The position numbers and the translations under genes were made by a program. The notes beneath the pieces were generated by a model. It was not told where the DNA came from, searched no databases, and saw only the letters and a program-made list of their open reading frames with translations. Positions 29,301-44,709 of a stretch of DNA of 64,000 bases are shown here, piece by piece (the stretch's first letter is position 1; each line of letters starts with the position of its first letter). This stretch comes from the human T2T-CHM13v2.0 reference genome, Homo sapiens. The DNA is taken from the NCBI RefSeq assembly GCF_009914755.1, contig NC_060934.1; one strand, given 5' to 3'.

Positions 29301-29649
29301 AAGCTGTTCAACAAAGATAAAATGAATCCCTTATGAGGTAGTGAGCTCAGTGTCACTGGATGAAACCATGAAAAGACAGAAATAGTGGAAGAGTGTTGGT
29401 TTTTCACCAAGTGAGAGCTCCATGAGCCCTTCTACCCCTGAGGGAACTTAGGATCCCCTCCCGACCCTCCATGTTACAGGCATCTAATAGAAATATGTAG
29501 CATTTCTATTTAATATTTCTAATAAAAACATTTAGCGTTTGTGTATCATGGTGGTTTTTCTGTGTATAAATGTCATATGCACAATACAGTAAAATATAAA
29601 CCCACAAATTCCTAAGAAAAGATGGAAAAATATCATATAATACAGCTTA

Positions 29650-30006
<357 letters not shown>

Positions 30007-32584
30007 TTAGGGATAGAAGACTCTTCACAATATTTTGATAATGAACATTTGTAAAGTAATATGCATGTGAAAAAAAAGTTTGGAAGATAGACATGGCTGT
30101 TTCTGGATTTACAAGTGATTTTCTGTTATTCTTTATAGTGTTCTATATTTCCAAAATGTTCTATAATAAATACATATTACTTATGTCCTCACAAAATAAT
30201 AATTTTTAAAAAATAAAATTTGACCCTATCACCATGGTCTCAAATTCCTATTTTTACACTCTGCCCTATCATTGGCATGCAGCTTCCATTCTCAGGGTTC
30301 TCTCACATTCAGAAGACAGCTGCTGGAACTCCAGTCATCATACCTAATTTCTATACAGGAATGGCTGTGTCATTCCTGGATTTCCCATCCAAAAATTTCC
30401 ACTTATATCTCATGGCCACTCCTAGCTAAAAAGGAGGCTGAGAAATACATAATTTTGCTGCCTCAAATAAAATGTGGGCTTCTGTTTATCAGGATGAAAA
30501 AAGGATGAATACTGAGTAGGCAACTAGCATTCATGGCCACAGAAATCAATAAATCTGGATTTAAATCCCAGTTCCACTAAACTTACTGTGTGATCTTAGG
30601 CAAATTATTTGGACTTTCTATTTCTTCTTCTAATTTACTATTAAAATAGCCACTTCATAAACTTATTGAAGGGAGAGTATGTAAAAGTAGCTGTCACACA
30701 GTAGGTGTTCAGTAAATGAAAGGTTCAGGTCATTCCTTTACTGAAAGTACCAAAAGAGTGTTCTGCAATGGAGAATAAGAATAATCATGAAATGTTTAAA
30801 GGAGACTATGTTCTAGGCAAGTATTTCCCTTTCAAAAAATGCCTGTTTAGATTCTACACTTCAAACTACCAAAGATAACTAAGTCATCAAAATCACAATT
30901 TACAAAAACTATGTTTCTCTCCTAGTTGTTGAGCTCATATGGATTCCCTGGATCTTCATTTATCATCAGAAAAAAAAAGAAATATCATTTCAGAATTTCA
31001 ACAGGGTTGCAATTGTTGTTCTTTTTGATAGAAGACAGAACCAGTTAGGAAGAAGAAAGAAAATTGATTCTTTTCATGAAAGGATTCCATTGCTCTTTAC
31101 TGATACCATGGAAAGTGATAGCACATAAATGAGCTATCTCAGAGGAGTACTATACCCAAATTATATACAGAAAGGCAGGATGATGCTGGATTTTTGGACC
31201 AAGAACATCCACTCTGATAAAGAGCATGTTGGCACAGGAAAAACAGAAGTAAAAGAGTTCATAGTTCTCAATAAAAATCAAGGCTTTTATTACTTACCTA
31301 AGGGAGTATGCTTTACTAAGAGAGATTCCTAAATTGTAAATAAAATCCAGGTTCCAATTTCTTACACTATAACTAAAAGAATAGCTTTCCTTTGTCAAAT
31401 ACTGTGGTTCATCAGAATACCCGTGAAACTAACTTTTGAGTGGTAGGTTTTAACAAGCTCTAAATTTAATGCATGGAACAACTCCATAAGTAAATATGAA
31501 TGCCTAGTGTACATAAGACAGAAGCATTTAATAATCTCCAGCTTTGTCCCATATGGGGCTACCCAGGGCTCTTTTTACTATGGGAAACCAAGCTATGACA
31601 AACAAAACCCATGGGAAACATAAAATGTGTTCCACCCCCTCAGAGATTGGCAAGTCACCAGGGGAGGCAGACTAAATAAATTCTCTATTTGCATATTGCT
31701 GTCAGGGACTACACTGAGTAAATAAAACAGACGTGACTTTCTTGAAAAATCCCATACTCTGTATATGAAAATTCACACTGGCACATATTTTTAAGTTGAT
31801 GTCAGAGGAGACCCAGAGGCCTTCTCAGCAAATCCTTTGGAGACTCCTTCTAGCAACCCAAAAATGAGATAGAGTGGGGCTATGCACAGAGCCTGTGACT
31901 ATAAGGTCCAGGAGAGCTGGGTTCTTCACTGGCTTTGCCATTAACTGTTGTATGACCTTGGACAAGTCTCTTCAGCTCTCTGAATCAGAAGTTCTTCAAA
32001 GTCCCTTCCAAATCCAAAATGATTAGTTTGTGAATATCACAGATTTGTCACAAGGCAGGTTACAGGCCTCATGAGGCAAGAGCTAAGTAAAGGAGAGTGA
32101 AAGGTCTATTAGAGGGTCAGTGAATGAACCTGATCATGTAAAGAAGGATTCAGTATGGGTAATAACAGGAGAAAAGGTTGAAGAGAGAGGTCTGGCCAGA
32201 CCATGAAGGGTTTTGAATACCACTGCAACTTTTAAAGCACACTTACATTTATCTAACATCTGCTGTATAGTAATGCCTCAAATGTACCCAGTTACATAAA
32301 AACGGAACAAAATGGGCATTTTAGATTCATATGCATTCCCAAATATCAACTGCCTAATGATTACTTCAACTTCCCCTCCACACCTTTCATTAGAGAAGCT
32401 AACAACGACAGAATTTCCTCTTCCCTTTCCTAGACTCTTAAGGACAATGGAACAGTCACAGTTTGAAGTATAAAAGCACCTCTGACCAAATTCGGGAATT
32501 ATTCAGTACCTTCCCTACCTACTTTGCATATGTAACACGGCTCTCACTTCCTGCCACCTAGTGTTATGATTAACTGTGAGTATG

Positions 32585-32965
32585 TCTGTCTCACATTGCA
32601 AGCTAGGCCATACAGCTCAGTTATTAAAATTCCAGCTCTGGATTCAAATCCAGACTCCTCCATTTAATTGTTCTGTGACCTTGAACTAGACACTTAAATC
32701 CCTGAGGTTCAGCTACTTTTTTTATTCACTCACTCAACAAATATTAAGTGCCTTTATGTGTGAGGTACAGCTCTAGATCCTGGAGCCAGACTGCATGGAT
32801 TCAAATTCTGAGCTGCTACATACTAAATGTGTGATTTGGGCAGATTACTTAACTTTCTGTACCTCAAATCTCATTGTAAAATTATGATAATAATAGTACC
32901 TATCTCATGAGTTATTAGAAGGATTAAGAGTTAGTACGTATTAAAAACTTAGAATAGTGCCTATA
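32585..32965 (+). mobile_element. Cluster of MIR/L2 fragments
   Basis: MIR-like cores ggattcaaatcc...tgtgaccttg and ctggagccagactg...gtaaaattatgataataatagtacctatctcat. Confidence 0.65.
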
Positions 32966-33840
32966 TTAATATATAACAACATATACCATAGATGCTGTAC
33001 ATTGTGTATGTTATTATTGTTAAACAATAACTTATTAATATTATCTTATTAATTTTATATTACATCTTATTAATTTTAAGTACATATTAAAAACAGAATA
33101 GTGCCTATATTAATATATAATAATATATACTATATATACTATACATTGTATAAGTAATATGTTACTTATTATTGTACTATTTTTATAATTACTATATTTA
33201 ATAAAGTGTTATATCGAGAGAATTCACAAAATATCCAACTTACTCTGCTACCTCATTTGAGAACATCTGAAAACATATATTCTGTTTTCTGTTATAATAA
33301 AAGTGTCATTTGTAAAAACACAAGAAATCAGTAATTGTTGCTTTGTCCTACAAAAGTAACTTATAACTCCTAAAATTCTCCATTCTTGATTATTTCATTT
33401 AATAACTTACTGCTCTCGTAATAGTATTTGAATTATTATATATTTTCTGAAAAGTATGCTACTTGGGAAGTTTCTTTGTTAAGTAAGTGAAAGAGCTTTG
33501 AAATTTCCTTTATCTTCCCTTTATCATTAAAGGTTGTGATTAATCCTGTGACTCTACTGGATTACTTTATTAAAAGAGTTTGTCTCATTTAAATTAAGAT
33601 TGTTAAGCAAGGAACAGATTGTGTAAGACCCTGTAGATCATGGTAAACAGTTTAGATTTAATTCTAAATATACCAGAAAGGCATTTCAGGGTTTTAAGAA
33701 GATACAAAGACACAAACAGGTTGAAAGTAAGAGGATAGAAAACTATATCCCATGCAAACAGTAACCAAAAGAGAGCTGAGTTGGCTATATTATTATCAGA
33801 AAAAAAAATAGATTTAAGCCAAAGAAAGTTACAAAAGACA

Positions 33841-34135
33841 GGCCGGGTGCGGTGGCTCATGCCTGTAATCCCAGCACTTTGGGAGGCCGAGGTAGGCAGA
33901 TCACAAGGTCAGGAGATCGAGACCATCCTGGCTAACAAGGTGAAACCCTGTCTCTACTAAACATACAAAAAATTAGCCAGGCATGGTGGCAGATGCCTGT
34001 AGTCCCAGCTACTCAGGAGGTCGAGGCAGGAGAATGGCGTGAACCTGGGAGGGGGAGCTTGCAGTGAGCCAAGATCATGCCACTGCACTCCAGCCTGGGC
34101 AACAGCACAAGACTCCGTCTCAAAAAAAAGGAAAG
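33841..34135 (+). mobile_element. AluY
   Basis: AluY diagnostics present. TSD aagaaagttacaaaagaca. Confidence 0.93.
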
Positions 34136-34765
34136 AAAGTTACAAAAGACAAATTAAGATATTGTATGTTGAAAAAAGGCTTAACTCATCAAGATATAAC
34201 AATTATATACATATGCACAAAGTCCCAAAACAAATAAAGCAAAAATTGACAGAACTAAAGGGCAAAATATATAGTTCTATAATCATAGTTAAAGATTTCA
34301 ATAACTCACTTTCAATAACAGAACAACCAAATAGAAGATCACCGAGGACATAGAGGACTTCAACAACATTACAAACTAATAACACCTAACAAATGTACGG
34401 AATCCTCTACCCAACAATAACAGAACGGATTCTTCTCAAGTGCACAAGAAACATTTTCCTGGACAGACTGTAAGTTAAGCCACAGAACAAATTTTAAAAG
34501 ACTAAAATTATACAAAATATGTTTTCCAATCACAATAGAAAGAAACCAAGAAAACAACTAAAGGAAAACTGGAAAATTCACAAATATCTGGAAATTAAAT
34601 AGCACATGCTTAAACAAACAATCAGATCAAAAAGAAATCACAAGGGAAACTTGGAAATACACTGCGACAAATAAAAATGAAAATATAACATACCAAAATT
34701 TACGAGATGCAGCAAAAGCGAAAGGGAAATTTATAGCTATAAATGCCTACGTTAAAAAAAGAAGG

Positions 34766-35089
<324 letters not shown>

Positions 35090-35205
35090 CTAAACTTAAG
35101 GAACTACAAATAAAAAATGCAAAACAAACCCAAAGCTATCAGAAGGGAGAAAATAATAAATATTAGAGATACATAAAATAGAGAAAAAAATAAGAGAAAA
35201 TCAAC

Positions 35206-35370
35206 AGGCTGGCTGCAGTGGCTCATACCTGTAATCTCAGCTGCTTGGGAGGCTGAGGTGGGAGGATTGCTTGAGCCAGGAGGGCAAGGCTGCAGTGAGC
35301 TGATCATACCACTGCACTCCAGCCTGGGTGACACAGCAAGACCCTCACAAAAAATCAAAAAAAAAGAAAT
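35206..35370 (+). mobile_element. Monomeric Alu (FAM/FRAM-like)
   Basis: Single monomer of about 150 bp with an A tail. TSD about aaaatcaaca. Confidence 0.8.
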
Positions 35371-36539
35371 TTAAAAAAAAATTTTTTTAAAGGGAAAATC
35401 AACAATATCAAAAATTAGTTCTTTGAAAAGATTAACAAAATTAACAAACCTTTAGGCAAATTGACTAAGATAAAAAAAGAGAGAAGACCCAAATTACTCA
35501 AATCAGAAATGAAAAAGGGGACATTACTACTGATTTTATAGGAATAAAAAGGCTTAAAAGAGAATACTATGAATAACTGTAAACCAAAAAATTGGATAAC
35601 CTAGAGGAAATGGATAATTTCCTAGAAACACACAAACTCCTAAACTAACTCAAGAAGAAACAGAACATCTGAATAGATCTAAAACAAGTAAGGAGATTGA
35701 AACAGTAATCAAAAACCTAGACTGAATCAGTAATCAAAAATGTTTCAACAAAGAAAAGTCCAGAACTGGATGACTTCACTGATGAGTTCTACCAATTCTG
35801 CCATTTAAAAAGGAATTAACACCAATCCTTCTAAAACTATTCCAAAAAACTTAAAGAGGAAGAAACATTTACTCACTCTACAAGGCCACCATTACCCTGT
35901 TATCAAAGCCTGACAAACACACAAGTAAAGAAAACTACAGACCAATATCCCTTATGAACATAGATGTTAATAATCCTCAACAAACTACCAGCAAGCATAT
36001 TAAATGCTTAATATTAAAAGAATTACTTACCACAATCAAGTGAGTAGGATTAACCCCCAGGAATGCAAGGATGGTTCAACATACAAAGTTAATCAATGTA
36101 ATATGCCATATTAACAGAATGAAAGAAAAAAACATATAATGACCTCAGTTGATAGAGTAAACGCATTTGACAAAGTCCAATACCCTCTCATGATAAAACC
36201 ACTTGAACTAGGAACAGAAGAAAAATTCCTCACAGTGATAAAGGCCATATACAAAAAAACTCACATCTAACATCATACTCAATGGCAAAAGAATGAAGCT
36301 GGACCTCACCTTACACCAGATACAAAAATTAACTTAAAATTGATCAAAGACCTAAAATTAAGAGCTAAAACTATAAAAGTTTCTTAATCTTAGAAGAAAA
36401 CATGGGCAAATTCTCATGACTGTGTATTTGGCAATAGTTTCTCTCTTTTTTGGCAACAGCTTTTTAAATATGGTCCCAAAAGCACAAGCAACAAAAGAAA
36501 AAATAGGTAAATGGCCTTCATTAAAATTAAAAATATTTG

Positions 36540-36727
36540 GGTTTTTTAACTTTCATTTTAAGTTCAGGGGTACGAATGTAGGTTTGTTACATAGGTAAAC
36601 TTGTGTCATGGGAGTTTGTTATACAGATTATTGCAGCACTATTCACAATAGCAAAGACATGGAATCAACCTAAATGCCCATCAATGATAGACTGGATAAA
36701 GAAAATGTGATACATATATACCATAGA
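36540..36727 (-). mobile_element. Mini L1PA insertion with a 5' inversion (twin priming)
   Basis: Antisense L1PA 3' end (36540-36631) joined to a sense ORF2-end segment (36632-36727). Flanks aaaattaaaatattt / aaaattaaaaacattt. Confidence 0.75.
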
Positions 36728-36884
36728 AAATTAAAAACATTTGTATATTAAAGCACACTGTCAAGAGTATGAAAAAACACCCCTACAGAGTGGGAGAAAA
36801 TATCTGCAAACCACTTAAGTAATTAGGGTTTACTATTCAGAATATATAACGAACTCTGACTCAATGACAAATAGACAATTCAAT

Positions 36885-36939
36885 TATTTTTATTTTATAA
36901 TTTCAACTTTTATTTTAGATTCAGGGGCACATGTGCAGG
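36885..36939 (-). mobile_element. Very short antisense L1PA 3' end
   Basis: tttcaacttttattttagattcaggggcacatgtgcagg. Flanks gacaattcaatt / gacaacccaatt. Confidence 0.7.
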
Positions 36940-36999
36940 GACAACCCAATTTTTTAAATGGGTTTTAAATGGCCCATTTAAATTTTTTAAATGGACAAT

Positions 37000-37295
37000 G
37001 GGCTGAGGTAGTGGTTCATACCTGTAATCCCAACACTTTGGCAGGCTGAATGGGAGTACTACTTGAGCCCAGGAGTCTGAGACCAGCCTGGCAACATGGT
37101 GAGACCCCTGTCTCTACAAAAAAAGGAAAAAAAAATTAGCTGGGCAGAGTGGTACATGCCTGTAGTCCCAGCTACTCAAGAGGATAAGGTGGAGGATCAC
37201 TTGAGCCTGGAAGATTGATGCTGCAGTGAGCTGAGTGTGCCACTGCACTCCAGCCTGGGTAACACAGTGAGATGCTATCTCAATAAAAAAAAAGA
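37000..37295 (+). mobile_element. AluJ
   Basis: Diverged Alu dimer. Confidence 0.9.
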
Positions 37296-37305
37296 AATGC
37301 AAATG

Positions 37306-37442
37306 AAAGAAAGGGAAGGAAGGAAGGAAGGGAGGGAGGGAGGGAGGGAGGGAAAGGAAAGGGAAGGAGTGGGGTGGAGGGAGGGAGGGGAGGAAGGGAG
37401 GAGGGAGGGGAAGGGAAAGGTGAGGGATGGAGGAAGGAAGGA
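37306..37442. repeat. Purine-rich (GGAA/GGGA)n low-complexity tract
   Basis: Directly visible in the sequence. Confidence 0.9.
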
Positions 37443-37496
37443 TAAAATGGGTGATGGACTTGAATAGACACTTCTCCAAAGAAAATATATAAATGA

Positions 37497-37802
<306 letters not shown>

Positions 37803-39011
37803 TCAGCAGGCACATGAAAACATATTCCAATCATTAGTCATTAGGAAATGCAAATCAAAACCACAATGAGACACCACTTCACATGCACTAGGTTGGCTAT
37901 AACAAAAGTGAGAGAGAGAGAGAAGAAATATTGCTGAGGATGTAGAGAAATCAGAATCCTCATACATAGCTAATGGGAACGTGAAATTACACAGCTGCTG
38001 TGGAAACAGCTTGGCAGTTCCTCAAAAAATTAAACGTGGAATTACCAACAATATGACCCAACAATTCCACTTGTTATATATCCAAATAATTGAACAGATG
38101 GACTCAAATACTTCTACATGAATGCCCACAGCAGCATTATTCACAATAACCTAGAAGGTGAATATGATCCACGTTGTCTATCATCAGATGAATGGATAAA
38201 TAAAATCTTATATATGTACACAATGGAATATTCAGCCATAAAAATGAATGAACCTTGAAAACACACTAAGCAAAACAAGCCAGACACAAAAGGACAAATA
38301 TTGTATGATTCCACTTATATGAAATATCTAGAATGAGCAAATTCATAGAGACAGAAAATAGATTAGTGGTCACCAGGGGCTGGGGAAAGTGGGCGATGAG
38401 GGTTAGTGCTTAATAGGTAAAGACTTTCAGTATGGGGTGATGAAAAAGTTTTGGAAATAATGGTGATGACTGTATGACATTGTGAATATAATGACATTGA
38501 ATTATACACTTAAAAATTGTTAAAATGAAAATTTTCTGTTATGTATATTTCATCACAATAAAAAAGCTTTATAAATGAAAAAAATTAATGTGTTAAAAAA
38601 CAAAATATTTAAGACTTATCCCATTACATTAATGTTGATACCAACCAGTATTCCTTGAGTACTGTTAAATGCTTGGAACTGTGCAAACTGCTTAATAGGA
38701 TAGTCTCTCATTTAATTCTCACTGTAACACTGTAAGATAGATACTTTTATCATCCCATTTTTTGAATAAGAAGAATGATGCTTAGAGAGCTTGCAGTAAG
38801 CAGTGATGCATAGATTTGAACTTGAAATTCACCCTCTTAATCACTATCCTATACTTGGGGATCGCTAAATACCTCTCACAAACAACATAATAGCAGAGAT
38901 TTGTTTCATTTATCTTTGTATCTCCAGCATCTAGTACAGAACCTTCCCTAGAGCAGAATTCATTAAATGTTTGTTGAATTATCTTAGAGCTAATCCTGCA
39001 AATATCAAACG

Positions 39012-39500
39012 TGTTGGTTCAGGTCCTCTGAAAAGCAAATGCCAAGAAGGAATCAGACATCCAAGAGATTTACTTAGGGAAATGCCCACGAAGGATCAAG
39101 GAGAGAAGCAGCAGGAATAAATGAGGAGAGCCTTCAAGTTATGATTAGGAATGACAATTGTGAAAGAAGAGAAGGAATGAGGACTGGGCAGGAAGAACCT
39201 CAAGCTAGAGCACAGCTCAGAGAAAGTCTTCACCAGGCCAACATGGAGTGTCCAAGCAAAGACTGCCATCAGAGGAGTCCCAGTTGAGCAGAAATGGCCC
39301 AACCTAGTAAACCAGCTGAGCTCAGTCATTGGCTGGGAGCAGCAGTGGGTGTGAGGGTGGCAGGGGTGTGTGGCTTGGAGTGAACATCACAGACAATGTG
39401 AAGAGAATATGGTCTGGTGTGAACATCTGGAGTCATCCAGCTATGTTTCTTGCAGCAGATCCTCTTAAATGGAGATCTGAGCAGTACACCTCCAGGATTA
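39012..39500. mobile_element. Ancient ERVL-type LTR (LTR33/LTR16-like)
   Basis: tgttggttcaggtcctctgaaaagcaaatgccaag...agatttacttagggaaatgccc resembles old ERVL LTRs. Highly diverged. Confidence 0.45.
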
Positions 39501-42500
39501 TCACACCAACTTCAAACATTTACCTTAAGAAAATGGAAATTTTTCCCTAGGTGGTTCACTTTAAAACAAGGGAGTCTGAAAATCAATAGCATTCATATCT
39601 CAATGTAGAGATGTATATTTTGATGTCTCAAGCTCATTCAGCCATTACTTTGCCAAAGTTGCTTATCTTTAATAACTGGTAAATAAGAAAGCTAGTTACT
39701 GAGGAGTAAAAATAGTTTATACTAAAAATGGCTTCTGGTAGGGGATCCTAAACCCAAGTCAAAAAAGAAAGAAATGTTGTGGAACACTAGTCATTGGATT
39801 AAGACAGCATGAGGTTAGATTCTTCTAGAAGCTGTAGCTAAAGGGGTTAGGTCATGTCATATTTTGAATTTTACAGGTAGAACTGACGTAATAATTTGAG
39901 TTGAAAAAATGTAAGAATAGGGTTCACAGTAAGTTGAGAAATTTAACATGATGAGAGTGAGAGTGAAGGAAATAAGTTAAGACCCTAGGTAAGTCCTTTC
40001 TCAGGGCTTCAGTTCCCCATTCCTAAAATCTAAGGGATAGGCTAGATTACATCGTGTTCTTTAAATTGTGTTCCAGGGAGCCCTGAGCAAGAAAATCTAG
40101 AACATGATGTTGAATTGGTAGGGTCACGGTGGATGGTTCTGTTAAGCTCTACCACGATAGCTTACACATAAGTTCCATGTGTAATTTTATGTTGTATATA
40201 TTTATGTACATGATACAAAAGACTTCTGCCACTTTAATACAAAAGCAACTAGGTATCTTGAAGTTCTAAGCTTTTAGAATTTAATTATCCCAGAATAAAA
40301 AGAAGGTGTAAATTCTGAAAAAGAGTAAAAGGCAGAGAAGGAGGAGGAGAAGGATGGCTAAAATAAGACATATAACTGATGAAAAGTTTATCTCCTTTCC
40401 ACCAAAATGAGGGAATGAAATGAGGAAAAATACATGGGATCCAGGAACCAGGGAATTCAACACAGGAGAAAAGCAAAGGGAACCCAAGGTAATGGTGAAG
40501 GGGGACACTGGGAACTATACAGCTGTACAGCAGCCTAGAGAACAATCAATCCAGATTGGAAAAAGACATGAAAGAGCTGCAAGAGGGACAGCCTCAAGCA
40601 AAAAAAAAAAAAAAAAAAAAAGAATGAAAACTGGTAGATTATATGTTTGAGTGAATTGAGGAAACATAATGGAGAATCTGGGATGAAATAATGATAGATG
40701 CATTTAAAAATCAGCCAGGTAATTCTCAACCCTAAGGAAAATAAAATTTGTGTAAGAAAGAAATTTAATTATGGTATACTTATATAGTTTAGCTGTGAAT
40801 ATTTTCATAGTATTAGTAATCATTAAAATACCAGCTAAAAATCTAATATAATTAAATTGGGCCATGGTCACTGTCTTCTGTTTTACCAAGCCCCAAAAGA
40901 TTTTTTCACATGGTAACATTCTGCGTCCCTGTAAGAAGTGACAAAAAATGGAGACTTGGGTCATAGGAGAGGCAATTTAAGAAGCATCAGGAGTGCCTAA
41001 AGATGGACTGAGAGGCAGCTGATGTTTGAAACCATCCACAGTGCAACAGATTGCAAAATTTCAGGTTGCGTAAATAAGGTAAAGTCTCTAAAAAATCTGT
41101 AGTACTTAAACTAAATCATAAATAGAAGATGAAACAATTTACATGGCTGCAAAAAATATTATTTCTAATATTAGAACCCAAGAGTGTGTTAATGGAGACA
41201 TCATCTGTTTTTTTTTGGAACTTTCTTCTTCGTTTGGTTGTAGTAAATGTCCTATTCCTTTACTTTTCACATCCTACAATTACTGGTGGCAATTTTTAGC
41301 AATAAAAAATTGTTATCCATGATTTTTCTTTTTAGAATGCAGTTTATATTATTCTGATTGAGTCATCTTCTTGAAAGTTAATTAATTTTTTACTCAGTTG
41401 CCAAGAGTATTTTAACATAGGGGGAATATCAGTGGAGTAAAAATATTATTTCATATAAAAGTTAAGGTTTTCCAATCACAGATGACTAGTTTTTTAAAGT
41501 AGTTATTTTCTTTTTCTTCAACTTATGGTGCCCTACTTGCAATGAAATGCCATTTTCTTTAAATTCTGACGTCTTGGCAAAGGGTTATTTTAACCGACAC
41601 TCAAGTCAGAAGCTTATTTGTAATGTTCTTTCACTTCAGTTTACGGCAAATTAAATTATGGTTTCAGTTAAACAAAATTACATTAAAAACTGTACTGCTG
41701 AAATAAATAAATACCAGCTAACGAAAGGTTATATTATAACTAGAAGACAAGGGGAGCAGGAGGAGGACAGGGCAGTATAAATGAACTAAAACCTCATCTT
41801 TCACAGAAGGCACCCAATATCTAATATGCTAAAGAAGAAACTAAAAATGGTTGCTTCTGACAGAAGACTCAGAGGTAAGCAGGGGTTGGGCCAAGAACAG
41901 CTTCCCCTCCCCGCCCACTTATAGATCTATAAACCTATAGATTGTTTAAATTTTAAATTATGAAAATATATTTGATTAAAATTATTTTTTTTAACTTTAC
42001 ATCGTCATAAAATGATAAAGAGAGTAGGGGGCAGGGAAGAGAGTCGTCTTAAAGTTTTCTTTGCCTTTATTTGGGTTCAGGGCAGATATAATGGAGAAGT
42101 GAAAAAGCCAGAGTGAAAAAGCTTGGAGCTTCTAAAAGGCAGAACCCTGAGTATTTCATTCATCTCTGTGTCCCTAGTACCCAACACTATGCCTCATACC
42201 TTGTAATAATTGTAAAAGGATTATTGAACAAGGTCTAAGTAAGGCTTCCTAATGATGTCAGTCATATCTTCCTACATTCCTTCCAGGAGGGCAAAGGGTG
42301 CCACTGAGCCCAACTGACAACAGAGCAACTCACTGTTAAGGGATCCATCTCTTTACTGGAGAGATGATCATGTGATTTACTAAGAAACAGCTATCAGTGG
42401 AGCGAAAAGCCTGAGGAAATTTTCCACCTCAGACCAGGTGGTTCTTATGTTTCTCTCTGATCACTCTCCATTTATGGACTATTGGCCCATAGTGGGTTGG

Positions 42501-43154
42501 GGCACAGAGTTGTAAGGAATAAAACAGCTGGTTTCTAGTTATGAACCTCCCACAAATTAGCTGTGTGGAGAACAACAATTCCTCCAAGCCTCAGTTTAAT
42601 GGTAACAGAAGCTTATACCAAATAATCTCAAAGGTCTAATTCAACTTTAACATTCTATGACCTTAGGTGACCTAGACAAATTATTGGAATGTGAGGTGTA
42701 GAACTTTCTTGAGCTGCTGGATCAACAGAGCTGAAGATTTCTGAGGATATTTGGAGGTGTCATCAATATTTCTAATCAAGAAAATTAAGTCCTAGGGATA
42801 GTCACTGACATTTAGAAATCATTCAAAAAGACTTTTTGGTCTGATATAAGTGAAAAGGGTAAAAATAATTGTTGAACAACGAAAAGTAATTTGAGCTAAA
42901 GTGAACCATGAAGAAGCCCCCTTCTTATGAGTATTCTGTCCCCAGAAAGAATACTGGGGAGGAAACAATTACAAGTAGGAGTAAAGGGTAAAAGAGTTTA
43001 CAAGGTTGATGTCAGAATAACATGAATTAGCACACAAGGCCACAGGGGATGGATCAAAACCAATGGAGGTCCCATCCTGAATTTACAAGGGTCTGGTCTT
43101 CATTTGCTTCTCACTTCTGCCCTCTCTGATTAGTGGCTAAAGAATCACCACATG

Positions 43155-43463
<309 letters not shown>

Positions 43464-44395
43464 TTAGTGCCAGAAGAGACCATGGAAATCAACCTTTTGG
43501 CATCCTATCTCGTTTTTTCTTTCTGATGAAGATCCATGAAGCCTCGAGAGAAGAGATTTTCGAAAACTACATTCCTAGTAAGTGATAGGGCTAGGCCCAT
43601 CACCCAGACAAACTCAGATCTTCAGATCTAGGTTTGCATACTTTTTCTTCCTTGGCTCACATTCTCTCTCTTGTTCTCACTCCCATTTAGTTATTTAGTT
43701 ATAAAAGATAATGGCCTATAGTGGGTTCCAAACTGTCGAGTAAATCACACTGTAGTGAGCCCCACTGAGAAAGGCCTGCACAGGTGTCTGGGCAGAGACA
43801 GAGAAAAGCCAGATTCTTCCATTCAGTTTTTGGCAAGCTCCATTCCCCTCCAGTTAAATTTAAATGAATTTTTAAGAATGAACAAAAAACTAGAAACCAG
43901 AGGGGGCCAAATAAATGGCTTTTGAATAAATAAATAAAAGGTTGTAAGGGCCTACATATCCTGTTGGTTTGAAAATGTTCAAAAAGCAGAAGAGTATGAA
44001 GGGAGGGGAGGAAAGGGGAGAGGAGCAAGTAGCCAGACACATCACATGGAAAATGTTTGAAAACAGGCTGGGAACTGGCTAAAAGCAGAGTAAGTAAATA
44101 GTTGGGAAGTTGGCTGGAAATTTGCACCAGAAAGCATTCTTATTTATTCATTCATCAAATAAATATGTTCTGAATGTCTACTAGTGTATAACACTCTTCT
44201 AAGCCCAGAAGGAAGTACTCAAAACATTAAAATGCACTCTGAGTCATGAGAAGTTTGTAATTTAGTTGGAGGGAGGACATATGATTGAACAAGCATTCAG
44301 GGAGTGCTTACCACATGCTCGGCACTGTGGTAGGTGCTAGGTATTATAGACATGAATGAGACAGCCTCTGCACTCATGGAACTCACATTCTAGAG

Positions 44396-44709
44396 CAGTG
44401 TTGTCCATCAGAAAAATAATGAGAACCACAAATATGAGCCACACATATATTTTAAAATTCTCTAACAGCTATATTTTAAAAGGTTAAATAAATGGATATG
44501 TTAATTTTAATAATATATTTTATTTAACCAAACATATCTGAAATATTATTTCAACATGTAATTAATATAAAAATGAGATATTTTACATTTTACATTCTTT
44601 TTTTCGTACTAAGTCTAAAATCCACTGTGTATTTGCACATCTCAATTTGCTCTAGCCACATTTCCAGTGCTCACAAACCACATGTGAGCTACCTTATTGG
44701 ATGGTACAG
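44396..44709. mobile_element. MER33-like hAT-Charlie element
   Basis: cagtgttgtccatcagaaa ... ctagccacatttccagtgctc...attggatggtacag, flanked by tctagag on both sides. Confidence 0.7.

Noticed and set aside
43699-44127. 142-aa minus-strand ORF in unique DNA
   Set aside because: It has a non-ATG start, low-complexity Leu/Phe-rich composition, and no motif or splice support.
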